A stretch of 64,000 bases of DNA, from positions 502,051 to 566,050 of the forward strand of contig CAJINV010000014.1 of NCBI GenBank assembly GCA_905178155.1. Direction: 5' to 3'. The position numbers were made by a program, and so were the translations under genes. Below are positions 38,301 to 50,000 of this stretch, one piece after another. Under the pieces are notes generated by a model, which ran no database searches, had not been told where the DNA came from, and worked only from the letters and a program-made list of their open reading frames with translations. The stretch's first letter is position 1, and each line of letters begins with the position of its first letter. This DNA is from Amoebophrya sp. A120. Taxonomy: Eukaryota; Protista; Dinoflagellata.

Positions 38301-41115
38301 CCGGGACTTGTCCGTGGACTGAGCTACCACGACCTGTGGGCCTTGTTTGTCTGCGCTCATTGCCGCGTAAAGGGATTCAAATGTTTGCGTGAATTCGAAT
38401 TCGTAGCCCGCGTTGGGAGTGCTCATCACTTTATTTCCTACTCCCGGGTTTTCGCCCAGTTGTTGCTGTTGCTGTGCATTATTTCCATTGTTCGTTGCGG
38501 CGAACAAATATGACAGCAAGTCGTTCATTTTCAAGTGGAAATTGAAGTCCGGCGAAACGCTGGACAACATGCTCGTCCCCCGAAAAAAATCTGCGGACAC
38601 GGGTATGGCGCTCTCAAGTTTTACATTCTCAACTGTTACATGAATTTGTAATGCAAGACTGGCAAAAGTGAAAGGAGGAAGATTGCGCCTTTTGCATTAC
38701 AAGTTTGGCGCAGATTTCGATGCTGTCTAGCCCTTCCGAAATTTGTCATGCGAAGCAGCTCGATCATCTGCCGGCTCAAGGTACTTTTGCATGACAAATT
38801 CATGTAACAGTTGAGAATGTAACGTTTGAGACCGACATAACGGGCGTCAAAAAAGTGGGGACTGCGGTCTTGTTCGCGAACAGTTCGCGGAGCTGCTGCT
38901 CTCTTTCCCTGTCGAAGATACTATTCACCGCAGTTTGTGCTTGTTGATGTTGGGCTTGTTGGGTCGTGGGAACTACAAGTTGTTGCTGCGGCTGTTGATT
39001 TGGTTGTGCGGTTGTATTCATTTGTTGATGAACAACTCCACCTGCGTGTTGTGGATGTTGGTGTAGTTGATGTGTCGTCGTAGTTGTACTACCACCAGAA
39101 GATCCACTCGTCCCGCCAAACATCTCCAGACTCAAATCGGCTCTCAGCCTCATGATTTCAGCAAGAGCCTCCTCCTGCGTCTTCCGTAGCTCCACTGCAG
39201 GAAGGTGCGGCTTCTGCAGCACCGCCTGCTGGCCGCCACTCTGCTGCAGGAGCCCCGAACCTGAAGAACCTAGTGCAGGAGTCAATTGCTTTTTCATTCC
39301 GTAAAGGTTCAGACTCTGTAGCGGGTTCTGGTGCGCGTGGTCTTTTGCGTGGTATTTGATATTTACCATGTCTCTCGCGCCAGACTTCGAGTAGCTGTTG
39401 TGCTGCTTTGCTGCACCAGCAGCACCGGTCGCGCTGATTCGTCCTGATGGATCAGTCGCGTCGATAAAACCACCGCTAGTTGAATCATTGTTCTCTGGTG
39501 CGGCGACGATGAATCCCTGTAGTCTCCTCGTTTCTCGTGCGGCGAAAAACCTCCGTGCGTGTCTTGTCGCGTAAATGGAGAGCATGTCGTCCTCCGTGTG
39601 GCTGTTGAACGAACTGCGCCCGGAAACGTCAATTCTCCCCCGCTGCGGCCCTTGCTGCGAAGACTGCAGAAACGACTGCACTTGCCCCCCGGGAAGGGTC
39701 CCCGAGTACAGATTTTCGTCGCCGATATTAGAAGTGGCGGACCCAGCCTGGTCGTTCGAAAATTGGGCATTCGCCGAGCTTAAAGTTTTCTGCTTGTACA
39801 ACATGAGTGCCTTCATCGCCTTGTCGTATTGGCATGGAGTCGGGCCATAAGGATCGTTGCAGAGATATTCCGCCAGGTCATTTTTGTGCAGAAAAGCGAG
39901 GCGGGAAGAGGCCAGGAAGAGCTTCTTGTAGTTATTCTGGGATGATGAAGGTGAGTTATTGTCATTCAGGAGCTGTTCCAGCTGTTGACTCGTCCCGCTG
40001 GAATTGCTATTGGATGTGTTTGATGTCGTGCTGTTGGTCGCCACACTCAGCTTCGACGCGGATTGAGTAACCCGGTTGGGAGCTGCAATTCCACTATCAT
40101 CTGTCTTGAGAACTCCGCCCGTACTAGTTCTACCATTATTCATCCCGCCCCCGACAGTTGTGTTTCTTGTTGAAGAGAGCCTGAGTTGTCCTCTATTCTT
40201 ATCACCTACAACGTGTCTTCCGTAAAACGGGTCGTACTTGCTGAGGAACTTGTCCGCCAGAAAAAATCTCGCTTGCTCCGCTAATAATTCCAAAAGCTGT
40301 TGGTGGTCCTGGGGGTTGACGCTGACGTTGGTCGTGGTATCCCCACTGTCCGACAGGGCGAGGGCGGCTACGGCAGAAGCGGTAATAGAACTACCTCCTC
40401 CTGACATGCCTCCTACTCCACCAGCTGTTGAACTACCACCGCCCGCCCGGTTTCGTGCCAACAGCGACGTCGTCATCGTGCTCTTGTTCATCAGATTCAT
40501 CAGCCCCGCTGGGAGAAGATCTTTCTCCGGTAATAATTGCAACAAATTGGTCGCACTCTGCAGCTTCTCCCTCGCACCGGCAGCCAGCCCCGGATTGTTC
40601 AACAGATTCCGGCTGTTCCAGGGAAGAGCGAGGAGTAACTGCTGTTGGGTGGACGAGAATTTCAGCTGGTTCAGCAGGGAAACGCCGACGATCGCATCGC
40701 CCGAAACGATCGCGGTGTTGGTGCCCAGTTGCGGGACAGAGTTACTTGTCATGCTGGTGCCTGGTGTTGTACTAGAAGTTGTACTAGCTGACGGTAAATT
40801 TGTTCCGGCTCCTGTTGCTGCAGCCGAAGACGGGAGGACATTGGGGGCGTTGGCAGCGGCGGAGTAGCCGGCTAGTCTCGAGGTTGTATTGGCGGCACTC
40901 GTGGTCGACAAATTTTCTGTCGCGCGGTTCCCCGTCGTTCCTGTCGCTTCCCCCGGCGATGCACTCTGCGCGGCTTCGTTTTCATTACTCCCTGCGTTGC
41001 TGCTGGTTCCACCTCGCACACTAGCGGAAGTACTGCTTGGGTCGGCTTGGCTTCGCGCGCGGCCGCTGGCCGCGGCTTTAGTTCCGCCGGAAGTGCTTCT
41101 TGGGTTGTCCGACAT
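26382..41115 (-). CDS. Giant hypothetical protein (~4,288 aa), low-complexity and coiled-coil rich
   Basis: Exons 41115-38840, 38598-38182, 37851-36458, 36211-36054, 35888-35809, 35544-35342, 35004-33333, 33048-26382 total 12,867 nt in frame; CTFKPQIN motif near C-terminus. Confidence 0.8.
33054..33332. mobile_element. Introner family B
   Basis: ~32-bp TIR, TSD TCTTC/TCCTC; near-identical to 48337-48615. Confidence 0.92.
35010..35341. mobile_element. Introner family A (reverse orientation)
   Basis: TSD TCCGG; left terminus CATT (variant); frame restored (VSR/NLL). Confidence 0.9.
35550..35808. mobile_element. Introner family G (TIR TATSAAMTGCA...TGTCTGGGTCTGGAA)
   Basis: TSD GTCGT. Confidence 0.92.
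35894..36053. mobile_element. Introner family H (TATGCAATACAAATTTCC...AAATTTACTGTGGATA)
   Basis: TSD CATGT. Confidence 0.9.
37857..38181. mobile_element. Introner family A
   Basis: TSD TTGTT; highly similar to 1538-1859. Confidence 0.92.
38604..38839. mobile_element. Introner family C
   Basis: TSD ACGGG. Confidence 0.92.
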
Positions 41116-42246
41116 CTTTGGAAGTGGTTCTGCTTATGCGCTAGCAAGGACTTCAGCGGGCGAGGCCTTTCGCTTCTCCACCGGATTAATTTGGAAATCG
41201 AAATAGTTCGTGGTCGCGCTATCGTTTTTCCTGAAGGTCATCTCGTAGTCCTTGGCTGGAAATCGCATCGAGATCGCCCCGTCGCCGGATCATGCACAGT
41301 CCTCCCGGTCGTGGCGCTGGTATTTGCTTTCTGACAATTATACTGCTTCTACTGACAGACAGCCGGGCAGTTCTACGCGATACACAGTCGCAAGTGAGAA
41401 TTTGTTGGCGTTGCAATTTCACATGATAGACGAATGCATGAGATTTATTTGTTTTTCTTGCGGGGCATACAATGTAAAAGAGCAATACGTGGTATACAAG
41501 AGGGGTATCAGCATAGTGTAACTGTAAACGTGTGTCAAATCAAAACTTAGCAAATATTGTCCGAGGAAAAGAATAAGAAACTCGGCTAGCACAGGCATAC
41601 CGACAAATAAATGGACGATGCTCGCACGAAGGACAAGTAAAATCACAGTGGACGTTTATTTTTATTTCGTTCTGGAAATGCAGTTGTACGATGAAGATCA
41701 TGCTATCGAAAGGGACGACAAAAAGAAAAACGAGAATCAGGCCACGGAAAATAGAACGACCGACGAACGTAGTTTGCGCTTCTCGGAAGTAGATGGCGAA
41801 GGGACAATACCGATGCTTTCATGTTGGTTCCCGAGAAAACCGAAGTAGATGAGCTGCTGTTTATGAGCGACGCACATACGATGAAATACCAATACCAATA
41901 CGGTGCGATGAACGGATGCACTTTCACAAGCGAAAAATGAGGAAGTTTACGGCAACGAGATTTGACCGAATTTTTTCGAGGAATTCTTGCGTAGTGTGAT
42001 TCAGAAGTTGTAGATACAGGCATTGAAACATTTACCGACCTTTCAAGCTCAAGCATAAGCAGTCTGTCACCTGCTGCAACTAAACACTTTATCACTGAAG
42101 AACAAAAAAACTGATCTGCTTGCACGAAGACAACTAACGGTCTATGTGTTCGTGCTGCGTCAGGATATTGGGTTCTTCTTTTTTCTCTATACAGCAACCA
42201 GCTAGTACGACTGGTTCTTTCAAATGTTGAACCATTTCTACTACTA

Positions 42247-45178
42247 CTACACAGAATTTTTACTTCCCGTTCTACTGTTATTTTTACTCCCATTTATATT
42301 GTCCTTTTCCTCTTGTCCTTTCCCAACAATTTGCAAGAATTGGCTCGTGCTTTTCTCATCGCCTAATTTTAAAGCGGGTTTGTCCCGCGGGTACATTAAC
42401 AAATATGCAAAGCTTAGTAGGCACCAGCATAGCAACATAATCACAAACACGTCGTTTTCGAAAAACGCGCGGTAGAACTTCAAGTACCGAATCTGTGCAT
42501 TGAAAACCACGTCTGCCGTTGTCGCGCGCGCGTAGTCCCGGAACGCCAGCTGCGCAAACTGGACGATGGCGCAAGACGTGAAATTCACCAGAATCGCGTT
42601 GAACAGCAGGCTGTTGAGTGGCGTGTGGCCCTTCTTCATGGGGTGGATGGAAAACAGACAGAACGCTCGCATCCCCACCTTCAGACAGCCGGTGACGGTC
42701 GCGAACACCAGGTGCATGTTGAGAATGGCGAAAAACACCGCGGCTAGCACGAAGAGTCCGCTGGACTCGAAGGCCTGCAAGAACTCGTTCAGCATGAGGG
42801 AGACCGGCTCCTCGTTCTCCTCGCCCGGCTGGTCGATGAGGAGGTAGAAGAAGATGTGCAGCACCCAGAAAAAGGAGATGATCGCGAAAATGACCCCGAA
42901 AAAGACCTTGAGCCCGCTGGTGACCGGGTTTTCGCCCCGCTGCTTCATGCAGATCTCCATGTGGTCGTACTCCTTTTCGAGCAAAAAGCACGATATGGGA
43001 CTCTTAAACGTTACATTCTCAACTGTTCCATTAATTTGTCACGCAAAAGCACCTTAAGCCGGCAGATGATCAAGCTGCTTCGCACGACAAATTTCGGAAG
43101 GGCTAAACCTGCGGCAAACTTGTAATGCAAAGGGCGCAATCTTCCGCCTTTCACTTTTGCCAGTCTTTGTCTTGCATTACAAATTCATGTAACAGTTGAG
43201 AATGTAACATTTGAGAACTCCATACACGACTGCTTGAACTTGTTGAACTCGGTTTTCAGCTCCCGTTTTCGCTTGTTCACGTTGGAAAAGTACCCCCCGG
43301 TGGCGTCCTTCAGTTCCGTTTCCCGGTCCTGCAGTTCCTGTGCCTTCGCGAGAAGCGACTCCGCGGTTTGCGCGTACAAGATCTTCCGGCTCGCGTACTG
43401 ACTCGCGGTGATGGGTTTCGGCCGGTCTTGGTATTCGATCAGCAGGTCCATGGGCAGCGCCGTCAAGCCCACGCCGCCAAATACGACGAACAACCACCAG
43501 CCGAGGAAGCAGAAGACCGCCATCAGGTAGATGTCGAATCTGACATTGATCTCCAAGAATTTCTCCGCGGAGATTGCGCACACGTGGCCCGACCGAATTT
43601 GCTCGCTCGCACTGATCCAGTTGCCGCACGGGTAGTCCTGCACGGGGAGCTTGGCGACGGCCAGGAAGGCGAAGCTAATCAAGAGAAACATGAAGACGAT
43701 GAAGAAAAAGAACGGCTTATCCTGTGAAAAAGTTCAAACGATATCGCACTCGTAGTTGTGATTTGTTTCAATGCATAATTATTTCCCAGGTAACTCAGCA
43801 TTGCATTACCTTCGTTCTCCTTTGGAAAAAAAAATTCTTTCAATGCAAATCCACTTTCTGTTTCTACTACGTAGGGCGACATTGCTTTATTTGCGGTGCA
43901 TACAGCATGTTCACGAGCAATTTCCTTCCCGGGCTGGAGTTGCGAAATTGGGCGAGTCGGCTGGTCGTGTTCGCATTGCTGGTCGCCGCAGCTCCTCCTC
44001 CTGCGCTACTGCTACTGCTGTTGCCGAAAACGATCTTCCAGTCGCCGTTGATCTCGAGCTATCAAAAAGAAAAATCCCCCCTCCCCATATCGAAAACGAA
44101 ATTTGTGATGCAGTATTTGAGTACACAAATCGCATTTGTCTTGCTGGAGAGGACTGCAGACCCATACCAAGCCTGAATGGAGAGGCTTTGACTTAGGCGC
44201 TTAGCATGAAAAGCGTCCGCGATGTTGGCTCAACAGCATGACAAACCGGCTCCATAATGGGACGGAAGCTGTTGCCCTTGTCTTCTTGCAACACGCACGT
44301 GATTTGTGACCTCAAATCAGCAACACAAATTTTCGAAAGCCTACCTCTTCAATATGGGGAGGGGGGATTTTTCCTTGCGATACGAGCCAGAAGATGCCCA
44401 TGGGAAGCACGAGCAGGATTTATTACAGTGAAAAGTGCCCCCCACCCCCAAAGTTGCAAAAATTTGTGATGCGAAGTTTCCAAATGAAACCTTTTTGTCA
44501 TGCATGAAAGGAATAGGAATCTTTCTGATGCAGATTCTAGTGTTGTTTCGCATCGCTTGCATGACAAGCACCGCTCTTGCTGGGATCTTTTGCAATACAA
44601 ATTTTTGCTCTTCACGATCGGAAATCTGTGATGCTGATACATGCAAGACGGCGATTGTTTCATTTTGAAAGGTTTGCAATACAAATGCTCCCAAATTCGG
44701 GGGTGGGGGCATTTTTCATTGTAATAGGATTAGTAGGATCACAGAAATGAACGCGATCAGCCAAAACGCCTCCATGTTCAAGCCGCCATTATTCCGCGCG
44801 TTCCGCACGTCAATGGGCAGGAGAAAAATCACGATATACGCAATGGTGAAGCTGGCGATGACCACGAAGCGCAGCCCAATGTGGTCCTTGGAAGCTTCGT
44901 CCGAGTCTCTGTATTCCGTGCAAAAGTATCTCGCTTCATCTAGTATAACGGAGTGCTTTTATGCATGACATTGACATCAAATCAGTTTACGTCTAGTAAG
45001 TTTGCAAGGCTGAATTTTCATGACCAGTTCCATTTGTTTCCTTTTGAAAAGAGTACTGTACGAAATAGTACGATACTTTTGCAATGCATACTTCGTAGTA
45101 GAAGACCATTTTCGCGTTGATCACGAAAAAGGAGAAAATCCCCGCGATCGCGAAAAAAAGAAGGAAAAGGTCGATCAT
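42247..45178 (-). CDS. LMBR1/LIMR-family multi-pass membrane protein (~560 aa)
   Basis: LLPIDVRN, LGWWLFVVFGGVGLTALPMDLLIEYQDRPKPI, HPMKKGHTPLNSLLFN; exons 45178-45091, 44906-44727, 44415-44383, 44054-43903, 43712-43225, 42988-42247; all 5 introns are introners. Confidence 0.88.
42994..43224. mobile_element. Introner family C
   Basis: TSD CACGA. Confidence 0.92.
43718..43902. mobile_element. Diverged introner family E
   Basis: TATCCTGTG...TGCATA; TSD CGGCT/CAGCA (3/5); frame restored. Confidence 0.78.
44060..44382. mobile_element. Introner family A
   Basis: TSD CGAGC. Confidence 0.92.
44421..44726. mobile_element. Introner family I (TIR TATTACARTGAAAARTGCCCCC)
   Basis: TSD GGATT. Confidence 0.92.
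44912..45090. mobile_element. Diverged introner family E
   Basis: TSD CTCTG/CTTCG (3/5); joins YYE/DSDE. Confidence 0.8.
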
Positions 45179-47057
45179 GGTTTCGTCTCTGCACGTTAGA
45201 TTTTCAGCAGAAATGCATTGTCAGCAGGTGTTCTACTGAGGAGCTCCTGATGATCCTCAAAGTGGTCATTTTTCACTACTTACATTTTGTAGCGACCGCT
45301 CCGAACAAGAAGTAGCACTACGAATATTTTCACCAGAAACACTATATTAAAGGAGAGATTGCCTCACTGTTGTGAGTTGTTGTTTTGTTCGTCCTCATGA
45401 TTCATCGATCCCAACCCGAAGTCACGCTGGGTGTTTTTTTTCTTTTTTGCAACAGATATCGAACTCAAAACAAGAACGGATGGAAATGCATCTTCCGACA
45501 ACATTAAAGAAAGATCTGAACCACCAAAAAGACCAAACAACAAAAAGAAAATTTCAACACAGAAGTCTATCACAAATTAGCGCCTTTTTCTTTTTTGCAG
45601 AGCATTTCAAAGTCGGGATCAGCAAGGTTCGATGAACACGCGGGGAGCTGCACGACAGGTTGCCTCTAGTACACACGAGCAGAAATTTAAAACACTGAAA
45701 AACTGCGACTGCCGTCCCCATGGTCGCGCGGACATTGGCATTGCGTGGACAACACCTAGAGACACGGCGGGCGCCACGTCGCTAGCATTCTTTTTTGTGA
45801 TGTACAGGGACGATTGGGAAGATGTTGTTCGGCAGAGTCAGATTTTGACGAAAACTCGTCATTTGGCAAGTCAGCTGAATACAAACAAACTATCCATTTG
45901 ATGCTCTACTTGTCCATCTATCATAAGTAACGCTGCGCGATGGTAATATTGCGTATCAAATATGATCCCCGGGGTCGCTAAAAGTTCGCTTATTATAATC
46001 GTGTGATACACAATTCAATATTTGGGTAGGTAGTGTATCACACTGGCCACCTCGAGCTAGAGTTATAGCGGGAAAAGACAAATCTTCCTTTTTTTGTGTT
46101 TTTTCAGTTTCCAAAATAATTCAAATTTGTACAAAACAAATATGTACAGGATTAGAAATCAAGAATCCGCTTGAACCAATACTGGAAGCGAAGTTGTTCC
46201 AGATAGCTGCAGCCGGTCACGTGAGTCATCTTCTAGAACAAGCACCGCTGTCGTGCTCGTGGTCGTGCCTCACCCTTTACGAAAATAAAGGTACAATTAT
46301 CAGAGCTGCATTTTTTACATTTTCATTTTGTTCATGATCGCAAAAAATCTTCTTTCAAAAAATATGGTAGTAAGTTTTGATGTCCATTGTCGTAAAAAAC
46401 CTCGCTATTAAATATCATTTTTCGCGGCTGCTGCTCGACGCGGCCTAAATGTCAGCAGCTGCAAAATCGTAATCAAGTATATCAGTTCATATAAATTCAT
46501 CTGTTGTACTAGTAGAAGTCGTGAGTCGACGATGCAACCAAATAGTTTACTTCCCACTTCTAGAAGAACGTAGTCGTTCAAATCTACAAAGATCATTTCG
46601 ATCTGCAGCATCCCCTGCGGCTCCCGCGTCGACAACGGGGCCACAGAGACTGCTGCGGTACGTCTTGTTGATGCAACAAACATACAATTTTTGCAAGATG
46701 AATCAAAATCAATACATTGAAGGCGACTACTTCTGCTGCACTCCCGACCACGACCAGCAGTCGGAGCGGTCGTCATACATAAGGCGCTCGCACTACTAAG
46801 AAAAGCTGAAAAAACTCTACAGGTTTTTTTTCTGATGTGTACATAAAAAATCTCCACAGCGCGTGATTATTTTCTTTTGCACCGACCTCCTTGTCGGTCG
46901 TGCAGCATCAACCAACTGCCGGCAGGCTCTGAAAGCAGAACATTGCTCCATAAAGCGTTGACCCGCCTGTCTCGTGTTGTATGGACGACAAGTAGAAACA
47001 AGTAGAAGACTACTTTACGTATCAGAAAGAAACTAGGTGTAGGTGAGTTGTATCCAA

Positions 47058-50000
47058 TCACTCCGTCCTTAGCCTCTTCGCGACCTGCTGGTCGGGTTCT
47101 ACTGCATTGCGGTCAAGCATCAGATCCTCGTCCTCATCAGGGATAGGAATGTCGTTCGGATCCTTCTTGTCGTCATTTTTGTCCACAGCAGCTGCACCAG
47201 CAGGTGCGAGAGGAGACCGCTCATCAACCTTCATATTCTTGCCACTTGTTTCATTCGCATTCCTTCCAGGTGAAGCAACAGCAGTTGCACTGCTACCACT
47301 TCCGAGGGCCGTCGCGGGGGCGGCACCGACAGCAGCTGCACTGCCAGAAGCGGTACCAGGCCCGGAAGTTGATGTAGTACCTCCACCGTTTGGTGAGGAA
47401 AGTAGAAGAGAGCCTTTTTTAGGCGCGTTGTCCTTGTCCCCCGTCGCGGTTGGTCCTGTCGGCGGTGAAGGGAAGCTTGGCTTTTTTTCAACAACAACAG
47501 CATCGTCTTCCTTATCCGAGTCGAGGTCGCTGTCGTACTCGTCAAAAATGTTCTTCTCCGGTTTTTTTGTCGCGGTGTCAATCTCTTGATAGTCTTTCAA
47601 CACCGGACTACTCGAAGACGATTTACTTCCTCGCGAAGTCGTGCTAGTCGCGCCACCCGCTCCAGTGGAGGTTTTCACGACCGTAATGCTGATACCATTG
47701 TCGACGAAAGTAGGAGAGCCTGTCTTATTTGTGCCTTGTACCTGGCCACCAGCAGCACCTGTGTTACCACCCACAAATTCACCTCGCGGGATCAAAGAAG
47801 ACAGTGCCGGGCTAGCAGTGGTCGCAGCATTGCTGGAAGAATGTTTCTGCAGTGCAACTACCGGTGGTCCGGTGGGGCCGATGTTGACATAATTACTAGC
47901 AGTTGCTGTAGTCGTCGTTCTACTTCGTGGGGAAGCCAGAGCTGTGGATATCAAAGACGATGGCGCGGGGGCCCCCGCGACCAGTGGTCCGCCACCTCCC
48001 ATAGCACTGCTCTTCAGCACGTTGGCACCGGCGATATTTGCGACCATAGCCGCAATTGAGGAAGCGCCGGCGGAAGGAGAAGACACTGAGCTTGGTCCTC
48101 CAGCACCTGGAGCAAGCGAAGGGCCAACAATCGGGTCGTTGCCCGCAGTATTTGCTGATCCGTTATTTTCGAGGAGTGCGGCAGCAACACGACCTCCTGC
48201 AGCCCCAGCACCGGTTGTTGGCGCAGCACCACCCGCCCCGAAGAGAGCAGTAGAACTGGAGTTAGTCGACGGAGAGAAAAAACTGCCGCTTTGTTGACTC
48301 TGTTCTTTCTGAGCCAATTCTTGCTTGCGCTTTTCCTATCCTGAGTAAAAACGTACCCACACCAGAGTCAGCATGGGGATTTTGCAACACAAACCTAGCC
48401 GTTTTGTGAGTCACGGATGACAAGTTGCACTCTGTAGTGTAGTGCAGGTTACCAAGTGCAGCGGCGTCACAAATCCAGCTGCTCATCCTGTTCACAGCAT
48501 CACAAATTCCAAAACACGACTGGAAATGGCTCTCATGGGGATGCGCATTACAAGTCTTCCTGTCTTTGCAAATCTGCATTACAACTCTGGTGTGGGTACG
48601 TTTTTACTCAGGATATTTCCACCGAGTGCTTCATTTCCTCCAACCACCGCGGACTTGTAGATATCGTAGAGAAAAATCCCCCCTCCCCATATTGAAAGCG
48701 TATCCGTCTGAAAATTTGTGATGCGCATTTGTGACCTCAAATCCTGTCTGTCTTGCAAGAAGGCAAGTTCAGAGAGCGCCCTGCATTTTGCAGGCGGTTT
48801 GTGATGCTGTTGGGCTTAGAGCATTCACGTTTGTCATGCTAGGCGCCTATGTCAAAACCTCTCGCCTGAGGCTTGACATATGCCTGCAGTCCTCTACTGC
48901 AAGACAAATCTGATCTGTGTGCGGAAATCCAGCATCAGAGACTTCGGCCCGATATGGGGAGGGGGGATTTTTCCTTTCAATAGTAGAGCTCGAGCTGCCA
49001 GAGGAAGAACTTGCTCCTGCTCCACTACTTGGAACAAGTAGGTTCAAGTTCGAAACAGCCGGCACCGTTATCACCGGTGGTGCCGCTCCGCCCACATCGG
49101 CTGCGTTCGCGTCAGAAGATTGTTTCTGTAGCTGATGCTGTTCCCTTTCCCCGGCCTCTATGGCTGCGTCAACCTTCTGCAGCAAAAGGGACTTGTGGTC
49201 CCGCCCACTAGAAGAGGTGGATGCAGAGCTATTGACAACTGTCGGAGCAGCAATGGTCACGCCCGGCTGCTGCAGCGAAGCGCTGGTGCTGGAGGAAGGA
49301 AAAACTCCTCCGCTGCTACTCGATGAGGTGGATGATGTGTACCCAAACTTAGCTTTGAGGAAATCCACAGGCTGATTCAGATTCTCGCTCGCTGAAGACG
49401 AGCTGCCCGTTGTCCCGGCCGAATTGGTTCTGTGGTGCGACAGCTCCCGCTTTTTCGCACTCTGGTCCTCTATGGCGTCCTCAAATGTTACATTCTCAAC
49501 TGTTACATGATTTGCCATGCAAAATCAGCATCAACGTCCACACGGTGAAGCTACTTCGCATGACAAATTTTGGAAAGGCTAAACAGCATCGGAATCTGTG
49601 CCGATTTTGTAATGCAAGAGTTGCAAGATTCGGTCTTTCCCTATTGCCATTCTTGCATCACAAATTCATGTAACAGTTGAGAATGTAACGATTGAGAATC
49701 CCATATCCTCCTCTTCAGCATTGTAGTAGCCTTGCTCGGACAAATATCCAGGAAAAAACATCCATCCCCATCCAATTTGTCATGCATACATGCATAAAAT
49801 CTACTATTTGTCATGCAAAAAATGGATGGGGATGGGTGTTTTTTCCTGGATAACAAAACGTGCGCAGTGCGCTTTCGGCTCTGCAGGTTGGAGGGAGCAG
49901 TGTCGGGCTGTTTTGTGTATAATGTTTTTTTTTTCACCGTTCAAATCTAGCATTGGTCGTAGAACTTCCACTTCGTGAACAGTAACTAGAAATACATAGA

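Noticed and set aside
41134-41268. Short in-frame ORF (MRFPAKDYEM...) ending in TAA just upstream of the giant gene; possible read-through
   Set aside because: Single case; other genes end normally at TAA/TAG/TGA, so no support for recoding.
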